64,000 nucleotides of DNA from Octopus bimaculoides (Eukaryota): contig NC_068982.1 of NCBI RefSeq assembly GCF_001194135.2, positions 13,116,383 to 13,180,382 of the forward strand, in the 5' to 3' direction. The number at the start of each line of letters is the position of its first letter. Within the stretch, counting starts at the first letter, position 1. A program made the position numbers and the translations under genes. This document shows, in pieces, positions 37,423 through 49,600 of the stretch. A model generated the notes under the pieces. The model saw only the letters and a program-made list of their open reading frames with translations. It was not told the DNA's origin and searched no databases.

Positions 37423-37812
37423 AGCTGGCAGAATGGTTAGCATGCCAGACGAAATGCTTAGCAGTATTTCATGTCTTTATGTTCTGAGTTCAGATTCCAC
37501 CGAGGTTGACTTTGCCTTTCATCCTTTTGGAGTTGATAAAATTAAGTACCGGTTGTGTACTGGGGTTGATATAATGGCCCCCCTCTTCCAAAATGTTGGG
37601 CCTTGTGCCTAGAGTAGAAAAGAACGTCCCCTTTTCCATGCCTATTGTGGGAAGCTGGCAGAATCGTTAGCACACTGGATGAAATGCTTTGTGGCATTCC
37701 ATCTGTCTTCACGTTCTGAGTTCAAATACTGTCTAGGTTGATTCTGCCTTTTATCATTTCAAGGTCGATAAAATAAGTACCAGTTGTACGCTGGGGTCAA
37801 TGTAATCAACTG
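37423..37812 (+). mobile_element. Two tandem family A SINEs
   Basis: Heads GAGCTGGCAGAATGGTTAGC (about 37423) and AAGCTGGCAGAATCGTTAGC (about 37650). Confidence 0.82.
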
Positions 37813-37858
37813 AAACCATTATTTACTTTTCCTGCCTGTTTGAATCATCAGGGATTCC

Positions 37859-38071
37859 TTAACCCTTTAGCATTCAGATTATTCTGTCCAATGTAATAAT
37901 TATCTATTCAGATTGTTTTGAATTAATCATGCATTATCTTGTAACTTTGAGACTTCAACAATGCAATTGCATATTGTTAGAATAATATTTTAGGGTAGGT
38001 GTGAAAGGCCAACAATTAACAGGCAGAATATTTATGCCAGCTGTGGCTAGTTTTAATTGCTAAAAGGTTAA
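37859..38071. mobile_element. piggyBac-type MITE
   Basis: TTAA|CCCTTTAGCA ... TGCTAAAAGG|TTAA. Confidence 0.7.
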
Positions 38072-38149
38072 AATTTAGATCTCTATACCCAGATGCATTT
38101 CTTGTCACCAACCCTCAGCTGTTTCCTAGCAAAGTAATATTTTTCTTGT

Positions 38150-38370
38150 CAACACATGTTTGTTTACAAATAACATGTCATGTCAAGACAAGAGACAGAA
38201 ACAAACAGGCACACACACATGTGCATGTATGCATCAGGCTTCTTTCAGTTTGTACTTATCATTTCACTCACAAAGCATCGGTTGGCCCTGGGCTATAGTA
38301 GAAACCACTTTCCCAAAGTGTTGCACCATGAGACTGAACTCCAAATCATCTGATTGTGAAACAAACTGTG
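38150..38370 (-). mobile_element. Old SINE family B
   Basis: GGCTTCTTTCAGTTTG, GGGCTATAGTAGAA motifs. Confidence 0.6.
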
Positions 38371-38389
38371 TTGTTTTACATATACCACC

Positions 38390-38830
38390 ACCATCATCAT
38401 CATCATCGTAGTCGTCCTCATCGTCATCATTATCATTTAATGTCCGTTTTCCATGCTGGCATGGGTTGGACCAATTAATGTATTGTTGTTGACATCCTTT
38501 TGTCTCGGGAGACAATGGAGTTGCGCATAAACTAACCCAGTCTGGTTTTTACCTTTCATGTCCTCTCCAGTTTCCTCTCCAGTTTTGCTCAGGCCTGGGC
38601 TAGATGTAAGAAAATCCTGGGTTGTCCAATTGTCAGGATTCCTCTCTCGACCTTGCTGATGTAGTCCAAAGGAGTGCAGAGCATTAGGTTTGGCACCAGC
38701 TTGGTTGCAGGAACTGCTGGAAGAGTGTCGAGTCAAACTCTAAACCACCTATGGGGCTCCACTTTGAAGGTTGTCTCCTTTCTGTAACCCTGGATAGGGG
38801 CGCATACTGGGTACTGTCAGCCGGAGCCAG
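38390..38830 (-). mobile_element. Short RTE derivative: putative 5'UTR fused to the extreme 3' tail
   Basis: GC-richer 350 bp block followed directly by GTCCAACCCATGCCAGCATGGAAAACGGACATTAAATGAT tail and (GAT)n-like repeat; contains an HDV-like fold. Confidence 0.55.
38680..38739 (-). ncRNA. Candidate HDV-like ribozyme
   Basis: AGUUUG(P1)-14 nt-C AGCA(P2) GUU(P3) CCUGC(L3) AAC(P3) CAAGCU(P1) GG(P1.1) UGCCAAAC CUAA(J4/2) UGCU(P2). Confidence 0.5.
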
Positions 38831-38884
<54 letters not shown>

Positions 38885-39021
38885 GAAAACCAAGAGGGTG
38901 GAAATTTATTCACATCGAAAACTTTTTTATTAAAAAGTTTTCTACAGCATATATAACAATGACCAACATATGTTTCTACTGCAGCAATTGCACATTGCTC
39001 TGTATGCAATTATGCATTCTA

Positions 39022-39140
39022 GTTGCTGCCCAAGGCTATAATAGAAGACACTTGCCCAAGGTATTACATGCAGTGGGACTGAACCTGGAACCATGTGGTT
39101 GGTAAGCAAGCTACTTACCACACAGCCACTCCTGCACCTA
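39022..39140 (-). mobile_element. SINE family B 5' part
   Basis: Ends CACACAGCCACTCCTGCACC. Confidence 0.8.
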
Positions 39141-40656
39141 CCATGTCAAGCAAGCATACAAAGATTTCACAGGAGAAAACAAAAATACAACTGACAAATA
39201 TATTGCCGTACGCAAACACTTTGTAAACAAGTTTTATTAAATATTTTATAGAATACCAAATAGACATAGACACCAAGTACCTCATAAATTTGCTATATTT
39301 TCATCAACTTCGTCTTTTTTCTCAATATTTCCTTTTATTTGTGTGTGTGTTTCAATATTTTATAACTTTGATTCATATAACAATGAAAAAACAAATGAAA
39401 AAATTAAAAGAAAGACTTAAATTGAAACTTATTGAACGACTTAATTAATAAAATATATTTATTTTCGCTTTAACACACAGGTTAATGATATTGTCAAATT
39501 CCTGTAAAATAATAATCATCATAAAAGTTATTTATGTATATATTTTATTTAAAGGCTACAACAGTTTATCTTGCATGATCAGAATAAATTTTCCATCACA
39601 TTTCCATATGTGATTTCTTTGAAAAATTTTTATTGTATATTCACAATTTATATAACAAAATTTACTTGTGCTGATTAGTCAGTTAATTAGAACTAATATA
39701 ATAGGTATATAGGTACACAGGTGCAGGTATAGCTGTGTGTTTAAAAAGTCCACTTCTTAAACAGGTGATTTTAGGTTTGTTACCACTATATAACCCCTTG
39801 GGTAATATAACCCTAGCTGACCAATGTCATGTGAAGGAATTTATTGGAAACTGCAGGAAGCTTGTCATCTATACATGTAAGTCTGTATGTACACACACAC
39901 AGACACACACATGACATAGAAATAATGGGTTATATACATTCATTTATTTATTATAGCCTTACAGCTGTTTCAGATATATGTTTGAGTACATTCATGGCTC
40001 AATCTTGTCAATCAATTGATTGGTCTACTAAAAATATTGGGAAACAGTATCTCACAGCCACCTTCTTCAAAGCTGAAACAAATATATTGCCAAATTAAAA
40101 GAAAAAAGCAAAAGGAATGAATTTAGTCAATGTAAAATTTTTATATATAGAACTAAGTCCTCTATTTTCAGATATCAACCTTAAGCCATTGTTGGTTTTA
40201 GCATGGACAAATAGTATTGTTATCCAGTAAAGAAATTTGATTGTTTACAACCTCTTTCCCATGGTTAGTGGCAGGATGATGGTAATTACTACTATATTTT
40301 TGAAAAATGTCATGGGGAGTGAATGCAAATAGACAAACCAAAAGGCAGCTAGGTTACTATGTATTTTAAACCAGAAGTATCAAAAGCTATATATTTACTA
40401 CGAATATATATAAATGTATATAACTCGAAACAAATTGTTGGTTTTTGGGATTTTTTAATAATTTTTTATGTTGTCTTATCTTATATTATATTATAATACA
40501 ATATAAACAATTGCAGCATGGAAGGTGTTTATAAGCCATTTAAGAAACACACAAAAACCGTTAGATTCACTTCAGCATTTAAATTTAATTTGCCAAAATA
40601 AATAAAGTAAGATCCTAAAATAAGAGAGTATTTCATCATTTCATCGTACATTAATA

Positions 40657-40745
40657 CATCATCCTGATGGTGGGGACATTGCATATATGGAGTGTCTAAT
40701 TTTTAACCACAACCAGTAATTTACCCCTGAAACGGCTGTAGATGG
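40657..40745 (+). ncRNA. Penelope-type hammerhead with long stem II, core A9 substituted
   Basis: CAUC CUGAUGG U GGGG...CCCC U GAAAC GGCU GU A GAUG. Confidence 0.5.
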
Positions 40746-40976
40746 AACACTCTCCTATTTTTGGATCCTACTCTATGTTTTTCTTAACCTTGACACCAAG
40801 CTGGTATGTTTACATCCCCTGCGACTTAGTGGCTTGGCAAAAGAGATTGATAGAATAAATACCAGACTTGAAAATCTATAAGTAGTGGAGTTGATTTGTT
40901 TCACTGTGATTCTTAAAGGTGGTGCCCCAGCATAGCCACTTTCTAATGACTGAAACAATTTAAGGATAAAAGATAT

Positions 40977-41050
<74 letters not shown>

Positions 41051-41054
41051 AATG

Positions 41055-41410
41055 TGGATATATTTTAAGAACACCATAATACTGTGGTATTTATCTTGAG
41101 AAAGCATCTTGTTTAGATGTGTAGTGCTAAAAAGCACAGAAATATCAACAAAGGATAAAACTGTCCAGCACTGCTGACAGGACAGCTAGATCATTTAATT
41201 TCAGTGTTTTTGCACTTCATCAGCAGCAGGCAACCACTATCATTGCATGTTAGCCGAACTTGCTGAAATCACATGATCAAGCAGAGTTCTATGGCCTGTG
41301 CTGGAGATATTTTATCTGCTGCCAATATTTCTGTGCCTTTTGGCTCTATACGTTTATATTAGATGCTTTCTCAAGATGTACGCTATTATAGCATTCTTAA
41401 AATATATCCA
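41055..41410. mobile_element. 356 bp fold-back element with hammerhead-containing arms
   Basis: TGGATATATTTTAAGAA...TTCTTAAAATATATCCA ends; arms share ATCTTGAGAAAGCATCT, GCACAGAAATAT, TCCAGCAC. Confidence 0.78.
41185..41227 (-). ncRNA. Canonical type I hammerhead ribozyme
   Basis: GCUG CUGAUGA AGUG CAAAAA CACU GAA AUU AAAU GAU C UAGC: complete core, stems I/II/III of 4/4/3 bp, AUC cleavage triplet. Confidence 0.72.
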
Positions 41411-41743
41411 ATTTTAGCAGGATATAAAGATTAATATTCAGTATTTTCTGTTGCAAATAACTAACACACACACACACAGATATGCATATTTCATTTCATT
41501 TTCCTTCCCCCTCCCTCACCTAATTTCTTTTTTTTTTCCTACTTCTTCTTCACACATTCTCTCTCATGCTGCTTTCCATTCCCCATCAATTGCAACCAGT
41601 TGCTCAAACACAGAAGATGTAAAACCCTGCTGTCTTTCCATTCTTTCCCTTCCTGGCATCTTAATCTTGAAGAAGGTATCTGTCTGAGTCACTGGATTCT
41701 CCACTCAACACAGCAATTTCACTGTACTCTTTCTGTTGAAAGT

Positions 41744-41802
<59 letters not shown>

Positions 41803-42100
41803 TATTTTTTAGTGTATGTGTGTGTAAGTATAACCAGTGTTGGTTTATTCAAATATAACTTAGTAGTTTAGCAAAAAGAGACTGATAGAATAAGCACCAG
41901 ACTTAAGATAAAAAATTGTATTGGGGTCAACTTGTTCATCTAAAAACCCTTTATGGGGGTTCCCCAGTATGGCCACAGTCTAATCTCTGAAACAAGTAAA
42001 AGATAAAGCATTTTATATATTATGCACACATATGTACACAATAGACGTCCTTATAGTTTTTGTCTACCAAATTTTGTTTTCATTATGTAAATTTCTGTAG

Positions 42101-42160
42101 GATATAAATATACGGTATTCTTTCTGTATATATCCAAATCATTTGTCTGCAGAAGTCAAG
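42101..42160 (+). CDS. Candidate internal exon (DINIRYSFCIYPNHLSAEVK)
   Basis: Acceptor aaatttctgtag, donor AAG|GTAAGA, 60 bp, phase 0-0, open. Confidence 0.42.
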
Positions 42161-42233
42161 GTAAGATGACTGCTGTGCTGATGATGTTTAACAAGGTAGA
42201 AACACAAGCCAACCAGTGTTCTTTCATCTCCAG

Positions 42234-42415
42234 ACAATCATCCTGTCTCTTCCTCAATGGTGTGACTATTCTAGAGAATTCTTGCTTCCTGAGATTATCT
42301 CTGCTCACATTCAGAATTGGTTTCAATTGTCACATGGCATTTGGTTTATTTTCTCAGGAAGCAAAGATAATTTCAATAAATCAAGAATCTACATTGTACG
42401 ATATTTCGAATATAT
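42234..42415 (+). CDS. Candidate exon (TIILSLPQWCDYSREFLLPEIISAHIQNWFQLSHGIWFIFSGSKDNFNKSRIYIVRYFEY)
   Basis: ttctttcatctccag acceptor 73 bp after the previous donor; GTATGT donor; alternative acceptor at 42357. Confidence 0.28.
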
Positions 42416-43874
42416 GTATGTGTATATGTACGTTCATATTTCGTTCTATAATCTACTTTGACATGTATTTTATCAATGTTTATTTGTATTTCTTCTTTGA
42501 ATCATTTAAAAAGAAATAGAAACATACAAACTATGAGATGATTTTAACCAAGTTCACTTGTTAAACCAGCATGTTTTTGCAAGGTGTTACGACCTCAAAA
42601 TTATTCTTCCAGGACAAAAGAAATTTCACTGCACAGGTGATTGTTGAGGTTTATTGGTATTTGACTTAGAGAGAAAATATATTGTATTGTGGACAAAAGG
42701 AGGAATGGAAGAAAGAACTCACAGCATAATAGGAAATGAATGAATCGGAATAAGAATAGTTTTCCAGTTAAAGAATTAGGAAGAAGAATATGAAAGCATT
42801 ATTGGAGGACCTTGTATAGGCAGGGAGATGTATGTTTTGCTGAGAATCTTATATAGAAAAAGAAGAAAAGTATGACAAAAGGAATGGATTAATTTACTTT
42901 CTGGAAGTAATGATAGAAATAAGTGATGAAATATATTGCTTTGCTTAGTGGCAACAGATAAAGATTAAAATGAAGAATGATAAAAGAGATATAGTGAGAA
43001 AACCCACTAGAAAAATGAAGTTGTTGATGATGTGTTGAGTCGTAATGGACTAAGAGGCAACATTAACAGTGAAAAATACATAGTTAAGTTAGAGAAAGAG
43101 AGGAGAGAAAATGAATGATAAAAAAAGTGTACAAAAGAAAAGTATTTTTGTTAAAAATAGATGGATAACTAAGGAGAGAAAAAAGGAGTTAGGAATGCCA
43201 AGTAAAAAAATGGTAGATAAATTTAAGAATAAAAGGTAGAAAACGTAGTTGAAAGTAGCAATGATAACAACACAAAGCAAGAATAAAATTAAGTAGTATA
43301 TCAGCGACAATATTTTATTTGAAAAGAAGAGGATTAAATAGATCAGGTTGAGAAGAACAAAACAAATGAAATAAATATCACTGACAGAGAATTTAAATCA
43401 GCTATGACTGGCAGATATTTTCAATTACAATACGATTTCTTCTATACTTTTATATGGGTAAATATATTGATTTTTTTTTTTCAACATTGGTACAAGGTAA
43501 CAACTTGGTAGGGGAAGGCTGCAGTCAACTGAATTGAGCCTAACAAAGCACTGCTGCTTATTTCTTTAGCCACCACCCCAAACTTCACTCCCCTCCACAA
43601 GGGATGAAAAGCCAAGTCAATGTAATCTGACCTCAGGATATATAGACAGCTAAATGCTACATGATGCTTATTCCTGCACTTTACCATTATTTCTCCCAAG
43701 ATACTAGACTTTTTCAACTAATTATCACAGTTGTTTCTTGTTGTTTTCTTTCTTTCTTTTCCTTTTCAATCAAAGTTGTTTTATAAGTTAGCTTCGTTGA
43801 CTTACAAACAGTCAAAAACTGGATAGAAACTTATCTGAATTAATAACATCTGGGAGATATTGAAAAATAACACC

Positions 43875-44135
43875 AAAACAATATTGATTTCAGATTCTGG
43901 CACAAAGCCAGCAATTTTTGGGGGTGGGTGGGGANNNNNNNNNNNNNNNNNNNNNNNNNNNNNNNNNNNNNNNATTACATTTACTCCAGTGTTCAACCGG
44001 TACTTATTTTATCGATCCTGAAAGGATGAAAAGCAAAGTCAGCTGCAGCAGAATTTGAACTCAGAATGTAAAGACAGACAAAAAACCGTTAAACATTCTA
44101 CTTGGCGTGCTAACTATTCCGCCAACTCACCACCT
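43875..44135 (-). mobile_element. SINE family A with small N gap
   Basis: Family A motifs. Confidence 0.8.
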
Positions 44136-44404
44136 TTAACACAGAAATAATTTTGTTCTTATAATATTTGTATTATTGCAAAACGTAAATGAATGTAATT
44201 GGCATTAAATACTTGCAAAAAAAGGTTAAAGAAAAAAGAATTTTTTTTTTCTTAAAGATAAAGAATTCTGCTTTCCATGCTGAATGTGGATAAGAACTGC
44301 AAACGTGACTTCAGTTAAATGTATTGTCTTACTAGCTTACCTCATAGAAACATATTTGTCACCACATCGTTTTAAGAAATATAAATCTATAAATTTTAAT
44401 ATTA

Positions 44405-44575
44405 AAGGTGAAGACACAGCTGTGTGGTAAGAAGTTTGCTTTCCAACTACACAGTTCCAGGTTCAGTCCCACAGTGTGGCACTTTAGGCAAGTGTTTTCT
44501 ACTATAGCTTTAGGCCAACTAAAGCCTTGTGAGTGGATTTGGTAGACAGAAACTGAAAGAAACCCATCATATATA
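44405..44575 (+). mobile_element. SINE family B 5' half
   Basis: GCTGTGTGGTAAGAAG...GGTAGACAGAAACTGAAAGAA. Confidence 0.8.
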
Positions 44576-45429
44576 TATTTATTAATAATATCGAAGAGTA
44601 ATAAAAATATTAGAAATTTCTACTACCAGTGGCCCAGTGTGTAAAAATTTAGTCCATAGATTATGTATTATTCATATAAATACAGTGTACATTTAAACAC
44701 ATAAGAGGTATCCCTCATAGGATTCCCTCACGCTAGAAAGAACAGCTAAGATAGAAAATGCTAAAATAATTTTATAAAAAAAATGCCCCTTGTATTTGAA
44801 TACTATGCAAATATTCTTTTAAAAAATTTTTCATTTAATTTTTCGAAAATTTAATTGTTTTCCATACTTAGAGTTGAAAAAGTCTTAATGACTGAAACTG
44901 GTACATAAACATGTATATATNNNNNNNNNNNNNNNNNNNNNNNNNNNNNNNNNNNNNNNNNNNNNNNNNNNNNNNNNNNNNNNNNNNNNNNNNNNNNNNN
45001 NNNNNNNNNNNNNNNNNNNNNNNNNNNNNNNNNNNNNNNNNNNNNNNNNNNNNNNNNNNNNNNNNNNNNNNNNNNNNNNNNNNNNNNNNNNNNNNNNNNN
45101 NNNNNNNNNNNNNNNNNNNNNNNNNNNNNNNNNNNNNNNNNNNNNNNNNATATATATATATATATATATACATGTTTATGCATTTGGTTTGCATGATGTG
45201 AAATCAAGTGTTGAAACAGATATTGTTATATCTCAGGATGGTCATTTTTTTCTCGCCAAATAGACACATGCACTATAAATTCGTTCTTCATGTGTTTATT
45301 ATTGTTCTTATTTTATGTCCATTGTCTAGAAATTTGTCATTAGACAACTGTGACCTCTTCAGCAAACCTCCATCCCAAGTGTCTGCTCTGTTCTGTTTAG
45401 TCTGTTCTGAGAGACAGAATGGACTAAAG

Positions 45430-45690
45430 ACTACCTTTTTTAAAGCCTGGTACTTATTCTATCATTCTCTTACTTGGTTACAGGGACATAAACACCCCTA
45501 CATCAGTCGTTAAGCAGTGGTGGCAAACAAGCACAAGCAAAAATACACACACACACACACACATGCATATACAACAGGCTTCTTTCAGTTTCTGTCTATC
45601 AAATCAACTCACAAGGCTTTAGTCAGCTTGGGGCTATAGTAGAAGACACTTGCTCAAGGTGCCACACTGTGGAACCAAACCTGGTACCCA
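45430..45690 (-). mobile_element. SINE family B, partial
   Basis: Family B motifs. Confidence 0.72.
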
Positions 45691-47489
45691 ATTTTACATA
45701 TCGTTTTGAAAAAATATAATATTGCACAGACATAAGGTGCATTTCTTTTTATTGTGGAGAATTTGATATATGGAAATGGCATTAGTCAGTTGCTACTGTC
45801 TTTTGGGTTTAATTTATGAGTCTCTTTACAAAATGATAAAATGATTGATGTAAAGTCATATAAAGAAGAAACTTCTAGAAGCCTTGTAGTTCAAATATGT
45901 AACAGGTGTTTGTTTGTTTATAGTTATTTCTCTATCGCCTCAGTCTATCTATTAACTTTTCAACTGAAATAAATAGTTCACTTTTCTAGAGAAGTTACTT
46001 ATAATAGAATAGCTTTCATCCTATCCACAGGAAAATTTGTCATTCATTTGTTTAATGCCAAGGGCACTAGTTGAAACATTGGTTTTGATGATCCAGGCAA
46101 TTCTTGGAAAAATTAAACATTATTTAATGAGATTTCAGTATTATAGCACAGGATGGGGGGAAATAACAGAAGAAAAAAACGAATTCACATAAGGCCTTGA
46201 TATTACAAAGACCTAATTATCTGTCAGGATAATCACTGCTCTGAATCCATTAAAATCTACTCCTAGGCATTTGATAATTTACATTCTATTTGGAAAAGCA
46301 CTTAATGATATTTTGTGACAAACCACTAGCTTGCCGAGTATTTGTTTTATATTGTTATATAATAATAAAAAATAAAAAGATAGGAAGAATATTATTGCCT
46401 TGCATGTGATAATAATGTAATCTTGCAAAAGTATCAGATTTAGAAATCAGGAGAAATAAGACTGAAAGACAACCATACCATTCTCGCAAATATTCTTGAC
46501 ATCAATCTGCAATCTGTAGGGCAAGGAACCTGTGAAAGTGCATCGATGTACAAATAATAGGCTGGACCCTCTCTCTCCTTCCCAGCAATAGCTGACAACT
46601 GTTTTTTTCTGTTGAAAAGCTCTTCCACTTATTGCCAGGTTTTACTTTTAATTCTTCTGAATCCCCACATGTATTCCTCACCCAAATAATATAAATAGAT
46701 GTCAGTTTAACTACTGGCCATGAAATAAATTATATTAAATTATAAGACACCAGTTACAGATAGAATGTGGCTTGATCATAAATATTGTATGAAATTGCTT
46801 CAGCTTTGAATCATTATTGAGTCAAGAACTTTGGTTTTAGGATACTTGCTTCCACACTTTCATAGTAATTCCAAATATACTTAATATATCCTAGTGTAAA
46901 TATCTAAGTCTACATTCTTCCATGAACTTTAAATAAAAATCAAATTAATAAGTGTCAAAAATATATTCTCTTCTTGTTTTTATAACAATCACCTCTACTG
47001 CCACCACCATTGTTACTTGCTAGGCCTCCTCTCTTCTTATTCTTCTATCTTATGGCTTTTCCATATCTACGCATGGATATATCTATGGAAATGTTCATCA
47101 TCCTTATGCATTTGTTTGGACGTATGGGTAACAGTATGCATTTACATGTATGCATTTGCCTCTACTCATATTAAACAAATATAAACTAGGCATGTTAAGA
47201 ACAGATTAGAAAACATTAGATTAGAAAACATTAGTAATCATTTATAGTATCATACACTTCCCATTACAAATGGCAAGATAACAACACACTAAATTTAACT
47301 TCTGACTAACCTATGCTTGTGACTGTCTGAATTATCTATAAACATGCTTTTGTGAATCCTAAAATACTAAAAAAAACCTTATTTATGACAGAGTATCATA
47401 ACCTTAATATGATGTGCTTATTTTTTTCCTTCAGCTCTAAACAATAACACAATTCCTATATCATATTAAAATAAATTTCTTCTCCATAG

Positions 47490-47725
47490 GCACAGGAGTG
47501 GCTGTGTGGTAAGTAGCTTGCTTACCAACCACAGGGTCCTGGGTTCAGTCCCACTGCGTGGCACTTTGTGCAAGTGTCTTCTACTATAGCCTCAAGCTGA
47601 CCAAAGCCTTGTCAGTGGATTTGGTTGACGGAAACTTGACACCCGATGCTGGTGTGTTTACGGCAAAAGAGACTGATAGAATAAGTACTAGGCTTACAAA
47701 GAATTTGCTGAACTAAAGGCAGTGT
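47490..47725 (+). mobile_element. SINE family B with internal deletions
   Basis: Head intact; microsatellite region skipped. Confidence 0.8.
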
Positions 47726-47952
47726 CAGGATACAGAATTCTGCAAAAGTTACCCTGAGAGAATGTTTCATATTGACTTGTGGTGCACGTGTACACAACAC
47801 ACACACACGCACACACATTACATAATCCTAACATTATCAAATACAGAACTTAATATGCTGCAAAGAGTAGATAGATATGTTTCTAATAAATATTTCTATA
47901 TCTACCTATATCTCTTTCTCTTTTTCTCTCTCTCTTTCACACTTTTTCTTTC

Positions 47953-48049
<97 letters not shown>

Positions 48050-48644
48050 TTGTGCGTATGTATATATATATATAACCGATAGGTATAAAAATAAGTGCAG
48101 AAATTATATACATTGGAACAATAGGTATAAAAATGTGCAGAAGTTATGTGTGTATGTGTGTCTATGCATGTGTGTATGTGTGTGTGTGTGTGTGTGCACA
48201 TGTGTTTGTGCATGTGTTTGGCTGTTATTGAAACACTCCAACAGAATAAAATAAACATCTGTTCTAAATCGGCTTTATATATCATACACTATTTATAAAA
48301 ACTGGTATACTTATGACATTTATATGATAAAACAGTCTTCAACTTTATCTTACAAATACTATTCACCATACTCTGTTTGACAACTCTATTTTCAATCAAG
48401 TTCCACTTTTGTTTCTTCTGCATCAAACCAATATGTTACAGCCTCCGGGTTGTGGATTGGTTGAATCACATTAGTAGTTTGTTGGTTAAATATTTGTTTT
48501 GGCTCTTTGCATTCTGATTTTAAATCCCATCAAAGTCAACATTTCCTTTCAACCTTCTAGGATTGATAAATATGAAGTCAGACCAAAAAGCATCAAAACC
48601 GGTGCTATAAAAAGTAAACTACAACACATATCAATTCAGTATTT

Positions 48645-48923
48645 AATTTCCCTTTAAAGTGGTCCCCTTCTGAAGTGGCCCCCTTTATCCAGCATTGTTT
48701 CCATTTTTGGAAACATTCCTGGAACTACACTTTTGAGATCGTGAGCAGCTGTCTTATGGCATTCCCTTGGATTTCCTTGTTGTCTTAAAATCTTGTTGGG
48801 ATTTTCCACTGCAAGGACTGAGCCCTGGTTTCAAGAACATGGCCATAGACTCCTGATTCTTCATCTGTTATGATCATTTAAAAAAATATTTTTGTCTTCC
48901 TTGACATAATCAAGAAGATCTTG
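48645..48923 (-). mobile_element. Internally deleted mariner transposase relic
   Basis: IITDEESGVYGHVLETRAQS (cf. IITGDETWVYGYDPETK) joined to RF*DNKEIQ...FQECFQKWKQCW...EGDHFKG. Confidence 0.68.
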
Positions 48924-49026
48924 CATAGCTGAAATTCAAGTTTTGGGGGGCAACCACACATTAAACACTTTACTTCCAAGCACTGCTGTAAACAATGGAA
49001 GCAAGCAAGAATGTTACAGTTTAGGC

Positions 49027-49173
49027 GCAGGCATGACTGTGTGGTAAGTAGCTTGCTTACCAACTACTATAGCCCAAGGCTATAGTAGAAGACACTTGCC
49101 GAAGGTGCCGCACAGTGGGACTGAACCTGGAACCATGTGGTTCGTAAGCAAGCTACTTACCACACAGCCACTC
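49027..49173. mobile_element. Fold-back of two inverted family B SINE 5' parts
   Basis: Head on plus 49027-49063, 11 bp stem 49064-49074/49078-49088, head on minus to 49173. Confidence 0.82.
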
Positions 49174-49519
49174 ATTAATCTTCTCGACAACAATATGAAT
49201 TGGATTAGATAAAAGGAGAGTACTGAATCATGTAAACATGGTGGAAAAACAAAAAAAGAGCGTTCAGTTATGTATATGTATATGTTATAGGTGGTGTTTT
49301 TTTTTTTAATGTCTACAGGTTTCAGTCATTAGACTGCAGCCATGCTGGGGCACTGCCTTAAGTAATTTTTAGTTGAGTGAATGGACTCCAGTATTTTTAT
49401 TTTGGGAAGCCTAGTAGTTATTCTATCGATTTCTTTTGTTGAACCACTAAGTTATGGGGATGTAAACACATCAACACCGGTTCTCAAGGATTGATAGGGG
49501 ACAAACACAGGCACAAAGA

Positions 49520-49543
49520 CACACACACAAACACACACGCACA

Positions 49544-49600
<57 letters not shown>

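Noticed and set aside
37815-37856. CUGAUGA...GAAA on the minus strand
   Set aside because: No stem II or stem I pairing.
42640-43400. Purine-rich block suggestive of decayed LINE coding sequence
   Set aside because: No motif recoverable in any frame.
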